Positions 50,614-61,503 are shown, counted from the first letter of the stretch. The stretch is DNA of 64,000 nucleotides from Chamaesiphon sp. (GCA_965246715.1 CBDFFH010000027.1:64001-128000), one strand, 5' to 3'. Program-made: numbers and translations. The notes: generated by a model not told the origin, from the sequence alone.

Positions 50614-50640
50614 AAACCGATCTAATATATTAATACCAAA

Positions 50641-51288
50641 ATGTTTAAAGTTACTAATAAAAATAGTGGCGATACCAGTAAGTCTCCACTTACTAGTTAT
50701 CTGGATGCTATCGATCGAACAGAAGCATTAGCTAATATCGACAAGCTCGTTAACAGCCGCGAATTATCTACCGATGATGAGATCTATCATATAACTGGGA
50801 CGGTCGCCCAAATTGAGAAAATTAGCGAGTATCTACATGTGGTTACTTCTGCTGTGCCTCAAGCAATTCAAATGTTACTCGAAGAAGAACGTCAACAACG
50901 TCAAACCGAATCTTCAACAATCGATACTCGACAAGAACAACTACTTACAAAACTCGATCGAGATCGCGAAACTTATCGCGACTTAACCAAACAAGCGATC
51001 GATCGTAGCGGTAGGAATATTAACAATAGACTCATGAGTTTATCTTGGAGTCTAGGCGGTTTCTCGATCGGCATGGTAGCTACATCATTACTGGCATATT
51101 TTGTAGTCTTTCCTCAACAATTAAGATTAGCCAGAGGTTCTGATGGAGCGATGCTGGAATGGTTGAGTACGTCCGATGGCAAGATTCTTCGTCGTGCATT
51201 TGTGTCTGGGAATAGATCGGTAGAAGCATGTATTCATAAAGGAATTAAAAAAACTGGTAAAACTGTATGTATGTTGGAGATCCGTTGA
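50641..51288 (+). CDS. Coiled-coil plus single-TM plasmid protein (DUF6753-like)
   Basis: Coiled coil, TM segment, then W.ST.DG..N..C tail. Confidence 0.55.
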   Translation: MFKVTNKNSGDTSKSPLTSYLDAIDRTEALANIDKLVNSRELSTDDEIYHITGTVAQIEKISEYLHVVTSAVPQAIQMLLEEERQQRQTESSTIDTRQEQLLTKLDRDRETYRDLTKQAIDRSGRNINNRLMSLSWSLGGFSIGMVATSLLAYFVVFPQQLRLARGSDGAMLEWLSTSDGKILRRAFVSGNRSVEACIHKGIKKTGKTVCMLEIR

Positions 51289-51289
51289 T

Positions 51290-51376
51290 ATGGCAAACAA
51301 TAAAAAAGAAGAGCATTCCGAACAAATAATTAATGAGCATTTCACTTCCACATTACATCTCTGTAATGGATTCTTA
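51290..51376 (+). pseudogene. Gene stub cut by IS5
   Basis: ATG 1 bp after the upstream stop; MANNKKEEHSEQ.. runs into the IS end. Confidence 0.55.
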
Positions 51377-52293
51377 GAACCTGTTTGAAAAGTTTGAGGA
51401 TAGCTTACCCAGCATGAGTTTTAGGCTCTAATCGACGAACCATCAAATGAACCATAGCAGCAAACAGCATCATTTCGCTGGTAGTGGGCAAAAATTCATA
51501 GTCTTTACTTAAACGCCGATAATGTCCAAACCAGGAGTAAGTCCGCTCCACCACCCAACGTTTAGGAATAACCTGAAAACCAGGTTTCTCATCAGTACGC
51601 TTGAGATGTTCCAACTTCCAGCCAAACTGTCGTTCGATCTTTGCCACAAATTCCTTACCAGCAAAGGTGCTGTCGATCCAAATCACTTGCAGGCACTGCC
51701 ATAACCAAGCCCAGAACGTGGCTAGTAAAATCATCCCCGCATGGTCGGAGCGTCCAGCACTATGCACACAGACACCCAGCAGCAGACCCATTGTATCGAC
51801 CAAGATGGTTCGTTTACGTCCTTTAACCTTCTTGCCACCATCAAATCCGATCTCCTCACCCCCACTGGCTGTTTTCACCGATTGACTATCCACGCTCCCT
51901 GCACTCGGTTGGGCATTTCTTCCGGCTGCTAGTCGCACCTTTACTCGTAATTCATGATTGAGTTTCTGCCATGTCCCATCTGCCTCCCATGCGCGGAAAT
52001 AGGTGTAAACACTCGGCCATTTTGGTAGGTCATGGGGCATTGCTCGCCATTTAATCCCGTTAGCCAGCAGATAGAAGATTGCATTGAGCACTTCTCTCAT
52101 CTCTAAGCTCCGAGGACGACCTCCTTGTTTGGCCGCCGGAATATACGGTTCTAAAATTTGCCACTGGTCATCTGTGAGGTCTGTGTCGTATGCTAGTCGT
52201 GTCATTATAAGGGTCTGTTTTTAGACCCTTTTACTTTACAATTGCCTTGTCACAGAGGCTCAGAGGCGTTCTCAATACTTTTCAAACAGCTTC
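51377..52293 (-). mobile_element. IS5-family (IS1031-like) element; transposase 51405-52205 intact
   Basis: YDTDLTDDQW, DSQSVKT, KRWVVERT; 17-bp TIR GAA(C/G)CTGTTTGAAAAGT; flanks TTA and TCA differ. Confidence 0.93.
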
Positions 52294-52779
52294 TCAGGCA
52301 AGAGTGTAGCGATATGCAGTTGTCGGAATTTTTCTTCCGCCTTCGACAGCGATACCAGGATCGGGAATATTTCCCTTTTCTGGTAGCGTGTTTCGCCAAG
52401 TATAAATACCACTCATGGTTTTTTGAGCGAAGAACTTAATCAGCGTTGGCGACCGATCGGTTCCTGTGAAAAATTCGAGATTTTCGGTTTCACCATTACC
52501 ACGAGTAATGAAAGTTGGCATCGATCGCGAGATGGCAGCAAATAACATGCCGATAATAGCTACTCCAAAAAAAACATTAATAACCAGCAACCCGAAGGTG
52601 GCGATTTTCCAACCAGTAATGATATTTTTCGAGCGGATTGTTTCGGAACTATCTACGATATATTCATCTTGCGTATCATCTCTCGAATCGTGGAGAACTA
52701 TTACCGATGAATGTTCATCTTGTTGTGGAACAAAGTTTGATATTTGTCTGACTTTCATTGTTTTACAATAGAGTGACAA
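52294..52779 (-). pseudogene. Bitopic conjugation protein (VirB8-position), ending at the IS boundary
   Basis: One TM then a periplasmic region; the stop codon abuts the IS5 TIR. Confidence 0.5.
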
Positions 52780-52799
52780 TCCGATAGTAGAAACTATAA

Positions 52800-53915
52800 T
52801 TATTTTTTAGGAATCATCTTGGATGGTGCTACAAGTCCGATGAGATCGGTTGTAAGTTGAGCCATTAGTGCGTAGATACCAGCTCCGCCACCTTTGGCAA
52901 TTACTCCAGCAATTATCGGTGCGCCGATAGCATAGCCTAGTTGTAAGCTATAGGCTGGCTGGCTTCCTGATGTATTTGCGTTGATAAAACCCATCATTGC
53001 ACCCAAGATAGTTAATGAGAACTTGAAAATACCTAATCCCCATAATGAAGCAAACCAAATTTCAAGTGGTTTGGTATTTAAAAATGAGAAGGCAAGTGGA
53101 ATCGGCAGAGCCAAAATTGACAGGATGAAACCTTCATCAGCTATTTCACCAATCATCACAGACCAGCCATCTAAGATGGCACCAACCAACCAATCGCGCA
53201 ACCATTTATCTGGGTCATTTGCAAATTTGACAAATTGATTCCAGACGCTGTTATAGTCATACGAATCGACGAGACTATTCATTTTGGCTTCTGTATCGGC
53301 TAATTCTGTGACAAGTTCGGGATTCGCTACCGATAGTTTAGCTGCGACAACCATCGTCTTTACATCTTTAGTACACTGGACGTATGCTGGATTTGGAATG
53401 ACATTCCCTGGCTTGGCGGGATCGGGATCGGCGATCGTCTTCGGTAACTTGATGCAGACTTGCATTTGATTACTAATCGCCTTAACAGTTTCATTGTCGG
53501 TTTTTATCCCCGCAAGTTCGGCATTGACACTTCCTAACAATTTTGTATTGGTGGCGATCGAACTATCGATACCTCTAATCAGAGCATAGTTACCGATCGC
53601 AAATACACGCGCTCCATAAGCATTCCCCACGAACATAAATGTGATCAGCAGGAGCGTTAAAATCCTCAGCAGATGATTTTTAAGGTTGTCGAAAGATAGA
53701 TCTGGGATAATTGGCACTAGCCAAAACAATACCCCAACTCCGGCAATAACCTTGCATGGTTCGACTATTGCCATCCAAAAAGTATCTGTAAAAGATGCTG
53801 CGTTACCAGTAATTAGAATACTAATTATCTTAAATAGTGCCTGTTCGTACTCACTCGCAATTACAGCAGGATCGGTTGAGGCGAGGATTGTAGTGTGAAT
53901 AATATCGGCAAACAA
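52800..53915 (-). CDS. Polytopic membrane protein, VirB6-like
   Basis: Multiple TM segments, central loop with two Cys; position in the tra-like operon. Confidence 0.55.
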   Translation of the reverse strand: MFADIIHTTILASTDPAVIASEYEQALFKIISILITGNAASFTDTFWMAIVEPCKVIAGVGVLFWLVPIIPDLSFDNLKNHLLRILTLLLITFMFVGNAYGARVFAIGNYALIRGIDSSIATNTKLLGSVNAELAGIKTDNETVKAISNQMQVCIKLPKTIADPDPAKPGNVIPNPAYVQCTKDVKTMVVAAKLSVANPELVTELADTEAKMNSLVDSYDYNSVWNQFVKFANDPDKWLRDWLVGAILDGWSVMIGEIADEGFILSILALPIPLAFSFLNTKPLEIWFASLWGLGIFKFSLTILGAMMGFINANTSGSQPAYSLQLGYAIGAPIIAGVIAKGGGAGIYALMAQLTTDLIGLVAPSKMIPKK

Positions 53916-53952
53916 AATAGCTCTGCTCCTGTAATAAACGACTGTCTATCGA

Positions 53953-53991
53953 TTTAAGATATTTGCATTTGCTAAGTGCAAATATCTTAAA
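53953..53991. terminator. Strong intergenic hairpin
   Basis: TTTAAGATATTTGCA..TGCAAATATCTTAAA. Confidence 0.55.
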
Positions 53992-54005
53992 GGACGTTCG
54001 ATTCG

Positions 54006-54027
54006 TTCGCGTAGCGTACCGTAGGTA
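54006..54027 (+). mobile_element. HIP1-core-targeted micro-element (22 bp)
   Basis: TCG^TTCGCGTAGCGTACCGTAGGTA^ATCGA. Confidence 0.85.
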
Positions 54028-54042
54028 ATCGAACACTATGAA

Positions 54043-55038
54043 TTAAATCCAGCAAATATTACTTGAAGCGCACAATCGAGCGCGAGCTTTGATTTTGTTA
54101 GCGTCAAGATAAGTGGTTCTCAGCGAATCCATGTCTGCTTCAACTCGTTTTTGCTCGTCCTCGGCGATACTCCGCTGTTGTACCAGAGCGTTGTGCTTGG
54201 CTTGATTTTCTCCTTGAGATAAATTAGCCAGCCCGATGGTATTGGCAGTGGCACTCATAATCAGATTTTGTGAGAGCATATTGTTCATCGCTCCCATGCG
54301 GTTAAAACTGCTACCCGCTTTGGCACTGAGATCGGCTTGAGCGGCACCAGTCGCCAATGTGGAATTATTAGCATCGCCAGTCGCACTCATAATCGAGGAA
54401 ACTGCTTTGTTGGTGTTTTGGCGATTGGCTTCGGCAACACTGGCTCCAGACTTAGATTTGGCTAAATCTATTTGAGCGATAACAGCTTTGGTATCGAGTC
54501 CTTTTCCGTTGAGGATGTTAGAAGCCTGATAAGCAATCATTTTGCCTGTAGGGTCGTCGGTTTTGACGCTACCATCTGGATTCAAAGGTTGGATATTACC
54601 CGCTGCATCGAGTCCGTAACTGCCGAAGTTAATTCCTACACCAGTACCGCCGTTCATCCCTGCCGTAGCTTGTCCGATTTGTGCCAAGGTAGGTTGCTGA
54701 CCTGCTAATACGCTTTGTGCGATCGGTGCGTATTTCGACGCAGTTGTCAGAGCTGAGGCGATATTTGGATCTAGCCCTGGAAAGGCACTGACGATCCCAC
54801 TAAAGACGTTAGAAAGATTGCCAGGATTGGATAAGATCGACTGAATGCCTTGGGGATTGAATGTGGGATTTGCTGTTGGGTCGGTGGGATTTGCCGTGGG
54901 TGTGTCGCCTGGAGCGACCGAGGATGGAAGTGGATTGGCTGTTCCACCAAGAGTTGCTGCCTCAGCTCCGAGTGGGAGTAAGCTCATCACAAAGCCGGAC
55001 ATGAATGCGATCGTCAGTAATAATGGATATTTTTTCAT
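54043..55038 (-). CDS. Secreted protein, VirB5-position
   Basis: Signal peptide (AEA), helical Ala/Gln/Asn-rich C-terminus. Confidence 0.5.
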   Translation of the reverse strand: MKKYPLLLTIAFMSGFVMSLLPLGAEAATLGGTANPLPSSVAPGDTPTANPTDPTANPTFNPQGIQSILSNPGNLSNVFSGIVSAFPGLDPNIASALTTASKYAPIAQSVLAGQQPTLAQIGQATAGMNGGTGVGINFGSYGLDAAGNIQPLNPDGSVKTDDPTGKMIAYQASNILNGKGLDTKAVIAQIDLAKSKSGASVAEANRQNTNKAVSSIMSATGDANNSTLATGAAQADLSAKAGSSFNRMGAMNNMLSQNLIMSATANTIGLANLSQGENQAKHNALVQQRSIAEDEQKRVEADMDSLRTTYLDANKIKARARLCASSNICWI

Positions 55039-55048
55039 AATTTTTCTC

Positions 55049-57838
55049 TCAATGAGTAATAAGGGTTAGTTCGTCGATCCGACCGTTGGTGGCTGCCGCG
55101 CGAGCTTTGCGCTCTTGCTGCTCGTCGATATTGTTAGCTGTGAGAGCCACCAACGAGGGCGGGAGATAAATTCGCGCGGGAGTGAAACGATCGTCTATTT
55201 TGAGCAACCATTGGCTAGAGCAAGTGGCTTTATCTGGCTCAAAATCTTTTCTGGCATTGTTCGATGCCAATGCTTCGGGGACTCCCAGCAATTCGGGATT
55301 GCAATACTCAGCCAGAGAGTCGCCAATTCTGCCGATGAGGTGATACGAGAGCGCGTCCTTGATTTTTTTCCCACCCGCACTCTCGAACACGCTACTCGGC
55401 TCCTGTGCCGCAATCATCAGGCGCATTCCAGCCTTGAGTCCGTTTGCTGCGACCCGCCCGACGCAGAGTGAGAGCGGATCGAGATCGAAGGTAATCGAGG
55501 CTTCGTCGATAAATAATAGAGAACCTTTTCCACTTGCGGCGGCAATCGCTCGCCGCATTGCCGCTGCGTACATAATCGTGCCGAATACCGCAGCATCATC
55601 GTTGTTGCTGACTCCCCGCATGGCGATGGTCATGAGGGGACTATCGAGTTTGACGGAACTCGGAGAATTTATAGTCTTACCGTAGGAGCCATCGATCCAC
55701 CGTTGGAGTTGCAATTGAATCGTACCAAGAGTCTCGATATCGTCAGCGGTTGCCTCTGGAAGATTTATTCGTTCGATCGTGCAAAACCGCTTGAAGTCTG
55801 AGAGGGTGGGATAATCTTGCCAAGCTCTAGAGCCAATCCCCCCATTAATCGCGCGTTCGTACCGGATTAAAATCCGCTCGTCTTTGAAGAAGTTTTTCAG
55901 AGCGGTGGTTAGCATCGAAATGACCTTGCTGCTACTGGTACCCTTGAGTTCGCCTTTCCAGCCCAAAACCATTGCAGTCAGAATTTGAAGGATAAACTCT
56001 TCATTCTGTCTTTTCATGTCCTCGCGCGTCTCTGGATCGATATCTTCAACAATTAGCGGAGTCTCAAAGAAGTTAATGGAGTCGTTAAAGACATCGATAT
56101 AAGCCCCATCCATGTATTCGGTAAAAGCCTTGAACGAACTCGCCTCTTTTGTCGGCGGCTGATCGAGAATCGTCACTGGAATTGCTTGACTCAGTGCTTT
56201 GTGAATGTTAAATGCGGCATATAAAGTCTTACCAGAGCGAGTTTTACCCCAAATAGCGGTGTGTCCCATGTGTGTGAAAGGGTCGAAATAGACGGGCGAA
56301 CCGCCCTTATTCGCAATAAATTCGATTCCAGATTTATGCGCGTTAACCGTCGTTACCATTGGGAAGTAAGCAGCGACGATTTCGGGGCGTTCGCGATCGC
56401 GTCTGTCGCGGACATCCACCAGCATCGACTTACCGTAAAATGGTAAAGATGATACCCACAGCGAATCAGAAGTATCTACTTCCAGTAGTACAATTGCTGG
56501 CGATCGAAAATGCGAGCAGAAGTCACGAGCGGCAAAGTGCATCTGCTCTAGAGTTTCTCTGTAGACAAACATACAGAGCGAAAATTCGACACTCGTATCG
56601 CCACCGATTAACATCCGCTCGGTTTCGAGGGCTTCTTTCAGCTCCTCGTCTGCCAAAACGTCAACTTGTCCTTTTTCCTCTGTTTCTTTCTTGCGGTAAT
56701 GATTTTGGCGGATGAGTTGTTGGTTGTTGTAACGAACGCCGAACTGTTCGGGACGCGATAGCTCTAGCACGATTCGATAATCGTAAGCCGAGCCGATTGC
56801 CATCAAATTCGAGAGATAATGCAGTTGAACTTCCTGGTACGACTCATTACCCGCTTCTTCAAAGACTTTGGGTTGAAGTTTCAGCAGCAGACTGCCGACG
56901 TATCGACGATCGACTTTTACATGGTCGCGGTTGGAAGAGGGAACGGCAGAAGGATAGCGCATCATTACTGTAGTTGGATGCAGTTGCGATCGCACGTTTT
57001 CGCCAATCGTGCCTTTTTGGAGATTAAATTCGACGATCTGTGGTGCTGGTTCTGGTTTGAGTCCTTCTACCCGATCGTTAAACCGATTTAGTTCCTGCCA
57101 GCAATGCTGCCAAACTTCCTCACCAGACAGGGGAGTGGCTTTGAGTTGAAGTTTATCTCTAAATAAATTCGACCACTCAAAAAAGCCCTGCTCGTAGGCA
57201 TTTAGGAGAATTGCATCGATCGTTTGTTGGCGAACTTCCTCGATCGAACCCGATAGCCTTTGATACCAAAGGGTACTGAATTTGATGACTTTCTCAATTA
57301 ACTTTTGCTCTCGCGCTCCTAAGTTAGGGGTAAAAGTGCCCATCAAAAATACTTGGTGAGGGCGACGTTGACCGCTAATGTCGAGATTCTGTAAAATCAA
57401 CATTTCCTCAGCGATTAAGGGCTGAGATTGGGCTGATGCTGTTTCAAATTGAGCGATCAATTCATTCAGGCGAACATTACGATCGCCGAATGATTGAAAT
57501 TCAACGCGCAACTTCTCACCGATCGGTAATTCGTGTCCCAGAGATGAAATTGAGTTAATAATCGATCTAGCCGCTACTTCGCCAAAATCATCGTGAATGC
57601 CTGGGCATTCCCAAATAAATCGCAATTTGTATTCTGGCTTGTCAATTTCATGACTGGTATTTAGCAATAAAGCACCAACTTGAATACCATTTGGCAAGGT
57701 ATAGTTGATGATACTTTGCAAATGAGTTGAGGTTTCCAGAGGATAGAGCAGTTTCTTTTTGTCGCTTAAACCTTTATGTCTGATTTTTCTTAGTTTTAGC
57801 TTTTGGCTCAGAGGTTTATTGCTTTCCTTGTTTTTCAT
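55049..57838 (-). CDS. VirB4/TraC-like conjugation ATPase
   Basis: 929 aa; GKTRSGKT Walker A, LLFIDEA Walker B, AAQEP. Confidence 0.8.
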   Translation of the reverse strand: MKNKESNKPLSQKLKLRKIRHKGLSDKKKLLYPLETSTHLQSIINYTLPNGIQVGALLLNTSHEIDKPEYKLRFIWECPGIHDDFGEVAARSIINSISSLGHELPIGEKLRVEFQSFGDRNVRLNELIAQFETASAQSQPLIAEEMLILQNLDISGQRRPHQVFLMGTFTPNLGAREQKLIEKVIKFSTLWYQRLSGSIEEVRQQTIDAILLNAYEQGFFEWSNLFRDKLQLKATPLSGEEVWQHCWQELNRFNDRVEGLKPEPAPQIVEFNLQKGTIGENVRSQLHPTTVMMRYPSAVPSSNRDHVKVDRRYVGSLLLKLQPKVFEEAGNESYQEVQLHYLSNLMAIGSAYDYRIVLELSRPEQFGVRYNNQQLIRQNHYRKKETEEKGQVDVLADEELKEALETERMLIGGDTSVEFSLCMFVYRETLEQMHFAARDFCSHFRSPAIVLLEVDTSDSLWVSSLPFYGKSMLVDVRDRRDRERPEIVAAYFPMVTTVNAHKSGIEFIANKGGSPVYFDPFTHMGHTAIWGKTRSGKTLYAAFNIHKALSQAIPVTILDQPPTKEASSFKAFTEYMDGAYIDVFNDSINFFETPLIVEDIDPETREDMKRQNEEFILQILTAMVLGWKGELKGTSSSKVISMLTTALKNFFKDERILIRYERAINGGIGSRAWQDYPTLSDFKRFCTIERINLPEATADDIETLGTIQLQLQRWIDGSYGKTINSPSSVKLDSPLMTIAMRGVSNNDDAAVFGTIMYAAAMRRAIAAASGKGSLLFIDEASITFDLDPLSLCVGRVAANGLKAGMRLMIAAQEPSSVFESAGGKKIKDALSYHLIGRIGDSLAEYCNPELLGVPEALASNNARKDFEPDKATCSSQWLLKIDDRFTPARIYLPPSLVALTANNIDEQQERKARAAATNGRIDELTLITH

Positions 57839-57886
57839 GACGCTAAATAAACTAAAGGATTCAAGCCAATCGATCGAAAATAAGGT

Positions 57887-58216
57887 CTAGGGTCTTTTCT
57901 TGGAGTGAAGGTCGATCGATCGCGGAGTTAAATCTGGAATTGGCGAACGATAATTCAAGCATCCTCTGGTGTAATTCTTTGGCTTTCTATTTCTTGCCAG
58001 TACATCTGCCATGCCATCTTTTAGGGAAAGTATGGCTGTGAAAAATAAAGTCACAAAAATAGCTGTAACGATGTTAGCCGGAACCTTCAAATATCCTAGA
58101 ACTAGACAGAAAACTACAATTAGAGCCAAAACGATCGCGACATCGCGAGGGATACCCATCATCTTCGCTCTGCGTCTTAATGCTCGATTAACCTCGATTC
58201 GTGTCTTTCTTTCCAT
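57887..58216 (-). CDS. Putative VirB3-like membrane protein (copy 2)
   Basis: VNRAL..MMGIP, two TM segments, directly upstream of the VirB4-like gene. Confidence 0.6.
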   Translation of the reverse strand: MERKTRIEVNRALRRRAKMMGIPRDVAIVLALIVVFCLVLGYLKVPANIVTAIFVTLFFTAILSLKDGMADVLARNRKPKNYTRGCLNYRSPIPDLTPRSIDLHSKKRP

Positions 58217-58234
58217 TAATAGATACCGCTTGAA

Positions 58235-58660
58235 TTATGCACCTGTGAACATAAAGGTGACGATCCGATCTGTTGCAATTACGAGAATTACGAGGACGAT
58301 AATATTTAACATTGGCTTGACTACACCAGAAAAATTTTCTCGATCGTATTCTTGGTATCCCAGGTAAGCTTGCCAGATGGCAATACCACCGACTATTAGC
58401 AATACAGACCAAGGGATCAGATTGACAATGGCAGTAAACAGAGTAGTAAATAGCGGCCCTGCGACTGGGAATCCAGCCATAATCGTTGCAATCTTAGTAG
58501 TCGATACTGTTACAAAAGCATCGTAGATTGGAGCGGCATCAGCTCTAGGAGCTAAGTTCCATCCCCAAATAATTGGGGAGAAACAGGAAATCAAGGCATA
58601 CTGAATATATTTCCAAGAAATTCTATTTCTAGGTTTGCTTAGTGAAGTGGCGTGGTTCAT
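58235..58660 (-). CDS. Putative VirB2/TrbC-like pilin (copy 2)
   Basis: Near-identical to 44207-44632. Confidence 0.55.
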   Translation of the reverse strand: MNHATSLSKPRNRISWKYIQYALISCFSPIIWGWNLAPRADAAPIYDAFVTVSTTKIATIMAGFPVAGPLFTTLFTAIVNLIPWSVLLIVGGIAIWQAYLGYQEYDRENFSGVVKPMLNIIVLVILVIATDRIVTFMFTGA

Positions 58661-58949
58661 GATGACACTCTATGTTTTTAAAGAATATAAGTTTCGACTC
58701 GATTCGTTCGAGCAATTACCGATCGAACGATAATAGCTTTTACATGAAAATTTCAGATCGCGCTCGCCATTAATCTAAGATTTAGTTGACGACAATCGAA
58801 CGATAACAGCCATATTTCGAGTAGAATAAACCTGACTTAATTAGCTGGTCAGGTTAAATTCATCCCCTCTTTTATCCGCATGAGATTATAGACGATCGAC
58901 AAAAATAAGCAAGGTCAGCTCGAACAGTAAATAAAACTTTACAATTAAT

Positions 58950-58994
58950 AAAAAAATGGAGTAGTTAGTCAGCCGCATAGCTAACTAACTACTC
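58950..58994 (-). terminator. Rho-independent terminator after the TA operon (copy 2)
   Basis: Same stem plus T-run on the - strand. Confidence 0.7.
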
Positions 58995-59099
58995 TTTCAA
59001 GGTGTGCGAATTTACTGTCGATGTTGAGTTCGATCGTCGGATCTTGCAATCTCCGTCAAGTTTCCTTGAATTAATAGCGACGGTATCCGAACTTGGCGA

Positions 59100-59564
59100 C
59101 TATCGATTTAGACTTTTGCCTGTTGCTAATTCGGCTCTAGCTCTTTGACTCACGGATATTCTATTTGTGTTGCCTTCGTCCGAGTCGTTGAGAAGGACTT
59201 CTACATCACAATTAGCCAGATCTGGGTTAGCCGTAATCAGGGTCATCCCCTCGACTCGTGCTTGAGCCAGCAAAATCAGATCGAATCGATCTAGCGGCAA
59301 TGTTGCCAGCTTCAACACTTGATCCGCTCGAATGTCTAAAAATTGTGCCCGCAACTTTTTCATTCGACTGGCAAGATACGAATCGATCGGTTCGGGCAGC
59401 GATAAAGTTCCCAGTGACACCTTCATCGTCAGCTCGCACGCGCTGGCAACCGAAAACCAGATCGAATTAGTTTCGTCAGAGATGGCGGCGATCGTTGGAG
59501 CACTCAAGCGATCGGGTTCGACAAACCACCACAAAAAACACTGGGCATCAATTAGTATTTTCAC
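59100..59564 (-). CDS. vapC: PIN/VapC toxin
   Basis: ILIDAQCFLW..SVASACE..K..LG.L..FD..LLAQA..LIT. Confidence 0.85.
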   Translation of the reverse strand: MKILIDAQCFLWWFVEPDRLSAPTIAAISDETNSIWFSVASACELTMKVSLGTLSLPEPIDSYLASRMKKLRAQFLDIRADQVLKLATLPLDRFDLILLAQARVEGMTLITANPDLANCDVEVLLNDSDEGNTNRISVSQRARAELATGKSLNR

Positions 59565-59614
59565 TCGCGATCGCTCCTTACTTTTGTTTGGCTGAAAGAT
59601 CGGGAAAATAGGGT

Positions 59615-59836
59615 TTATAGATGAGGGGGCAGCGGGTTGTTAAAACTGGAGGAAATGTAGTACAATCCGCGATCGACACCCATACTGCGACTGCGCGATC
59701 GCTTATTTTCCACCGGAACTAACCTAGCCACCGCGATCCCTCGATTGGCGATGATTATCTCTTCCCCTAGTTCCACGCGGGATAATAATTTGGAGAACTG
59801 GGATTTAGCGTTATAGATAGTAAATGTATTCATCAC
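59615..59836 (-). CDS. Phd/YefM antitoxin
   Basis: Differs from 43006-43227 by one residue. Confidence 0.9.
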   Translation of the reverse strand: MMNTFTIYNAKSQFSKLLSRVELGEEIIIANRGIAVARLVPVENKRSRSRSMGVDRGLYYISSSFNNPLPPHL

Positions 59837-60263
59837 GATCGTAAGAAATTAGATTTCCAACTTATTATAGAACAAAAATACTAGTATTTTCTTAAAAGAC
59901 ATGGACATCGCGAGCGTTAGGAGCTGCAATCGGATACGCACGTTGTTCCATCCCCTATTAGATCCCACATTCCGCTGTTTCGACGGTTAAACTAAGCGAT
60001 TCTCTCAAGGGAACGGCTCATCTTCAAAACTGGACTTTAAACTTTAGGTTCGTCCTGCTCCTCAATGTTTAGGTGCTAGTCATGTATACCACTATGTTTT
60101 TTGTCTAACCCATTAAAGCTAAAGTACTCGATCGACCCCCCAATCAGCCCGTTTAAATTTCGCTGTAAAAAGTTCATCCGAATTGCTGGTGCGCCCTGGG
60201 GATCGGCAGATGGCAGGCGATCTGCATCTCGATGTTGCAGGTCTAGAATATCAGCCGATTCAA

Positions 60264-60402
60264 TAGACCTCCTGCGAAAGTATTTTAGCTATCCTTTGAT
60301 ACCAATCATTTCGAGCATTATTAACTAATCATAAAAGATTAACTAAATATGGTGACAGTTATAGGTTCTGTCGATCTTTCCAGGACTTTCGCAGGAGGTC
60401 TA
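60264..60402. mobile_element. MITE (139 bp)
   Basis: 18-bp perfect TIR TAGACCTCCTGCGAAAGT / ACTTTCGCAGGAGGTCTA around an AT-rich non-coding core. Confidence 0.8.
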
Positions 60403-60960
60403 ATTTGTCACCGATGGAGATTCGGCAGCCACCTCAACTGGTACGACATCATGGAAATGTTTGTAGTCCAAATATTGATCGCCATTATCAGCTTTAGACA
60501 CCAAATCGACAAAGCGGTAATTCCAGAAAATGTCTTGGGGCGCATAGGTATGAGGGGCATACATCATCTGGGTAACGGTTTCATCTACGCCACTGAGCGT
60601 CACCACGATCGTACTATTGGTGTTCTGTAAATCTGTGGGTGTCACTCCATACAGTGGGCTAGCTGTATCGATCGGGTGCAGTGCCAGCCACGATAGTACA
60701 AAACTTAGCGATTGGTTGCGAACCAACCGCAAGTCATGAATCCGACGAATATATTGCCCTTCGGCAGTCAGCTCATCTCGCAGTAAATACACCTTGAGCT
60801 GTGCTTCTAAAATTTGATTGCTGCGCTGATTTGCCGTCCGAAAACTTAAAGTGGGCACTGCTTCGTGCGGTGAGATCGTGGCAACGTCGCTAAACGCCAC
60901 GCGCGCAGTCGGGTGGGAAAATCGCGCAAATGATAAGGATCGCGCCAATAGGAATACCAC
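60400..60960 (-). pseudogene. KirBac cytoplasmic-domain fragment (no pore)
   Basis: Similarity begins at LSFARFS; paralog of the C-half of 24351-25283. Confidence 0.82.
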
Positions 60961-61436
60961 TCAATCGTTATCCAAAATTACGAACAATTAATCTGTAGAA
61001 ACTATCTTTATCTTTATCAATCGATCGATCATAATCAAAAGTAAGTTCGACATCAAGAACCAATAATTCTTGAAAAAATGTTGAAGCTAATGGGCATAGT
61101 CCGATCGTCTTAGTAGAAACAGGGCTTACCTGGGTTAAATAATAAAGGAGTTGTGAATGGTAACGATCTAAGTGTTATGGTTAGCAAGTTACAGCTAATA
61201 TTATTACTATTAATAGGTAATGATGTTAGTGGGTAATCAAGCGATATTGTTAGATCTGGACAACTATACATATTAAAAATACATCCAATGGTACTAACAA
61301 AGTCTGTCTAAAGAGAGATGTAATTTTAGTTAAGTAGACATCATCTTAATTGCAATGAGATTCCAGCCAATAATCCTAAATAATGGATTGTGTAATGAAG
61401 CGTTAATCCTCACAGTTTCCTCATCTTTGGATAGTA

Positions 61437-61474
61437 ATGTACAAGATAGGTAATTCCTTGACTATCTTGTACAT
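61437..61474 (+). promoter_or_regulatory. Perfect 13-bp inverted repeat upstream of the MDR gene
   Basis: ATGTACAAGATAG-12bp-CTATCTTGTACAT. Confidence 0.55.
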
Positions 61475-61503
61475 GACATCATCCACTTACTAGGAGATAA
61501 AAG

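Noticed and set aside
60961..61436. AT-rich stretch as a replication origin
   Set aside because: No iterons, DnaA-box cluster or rep gene visible
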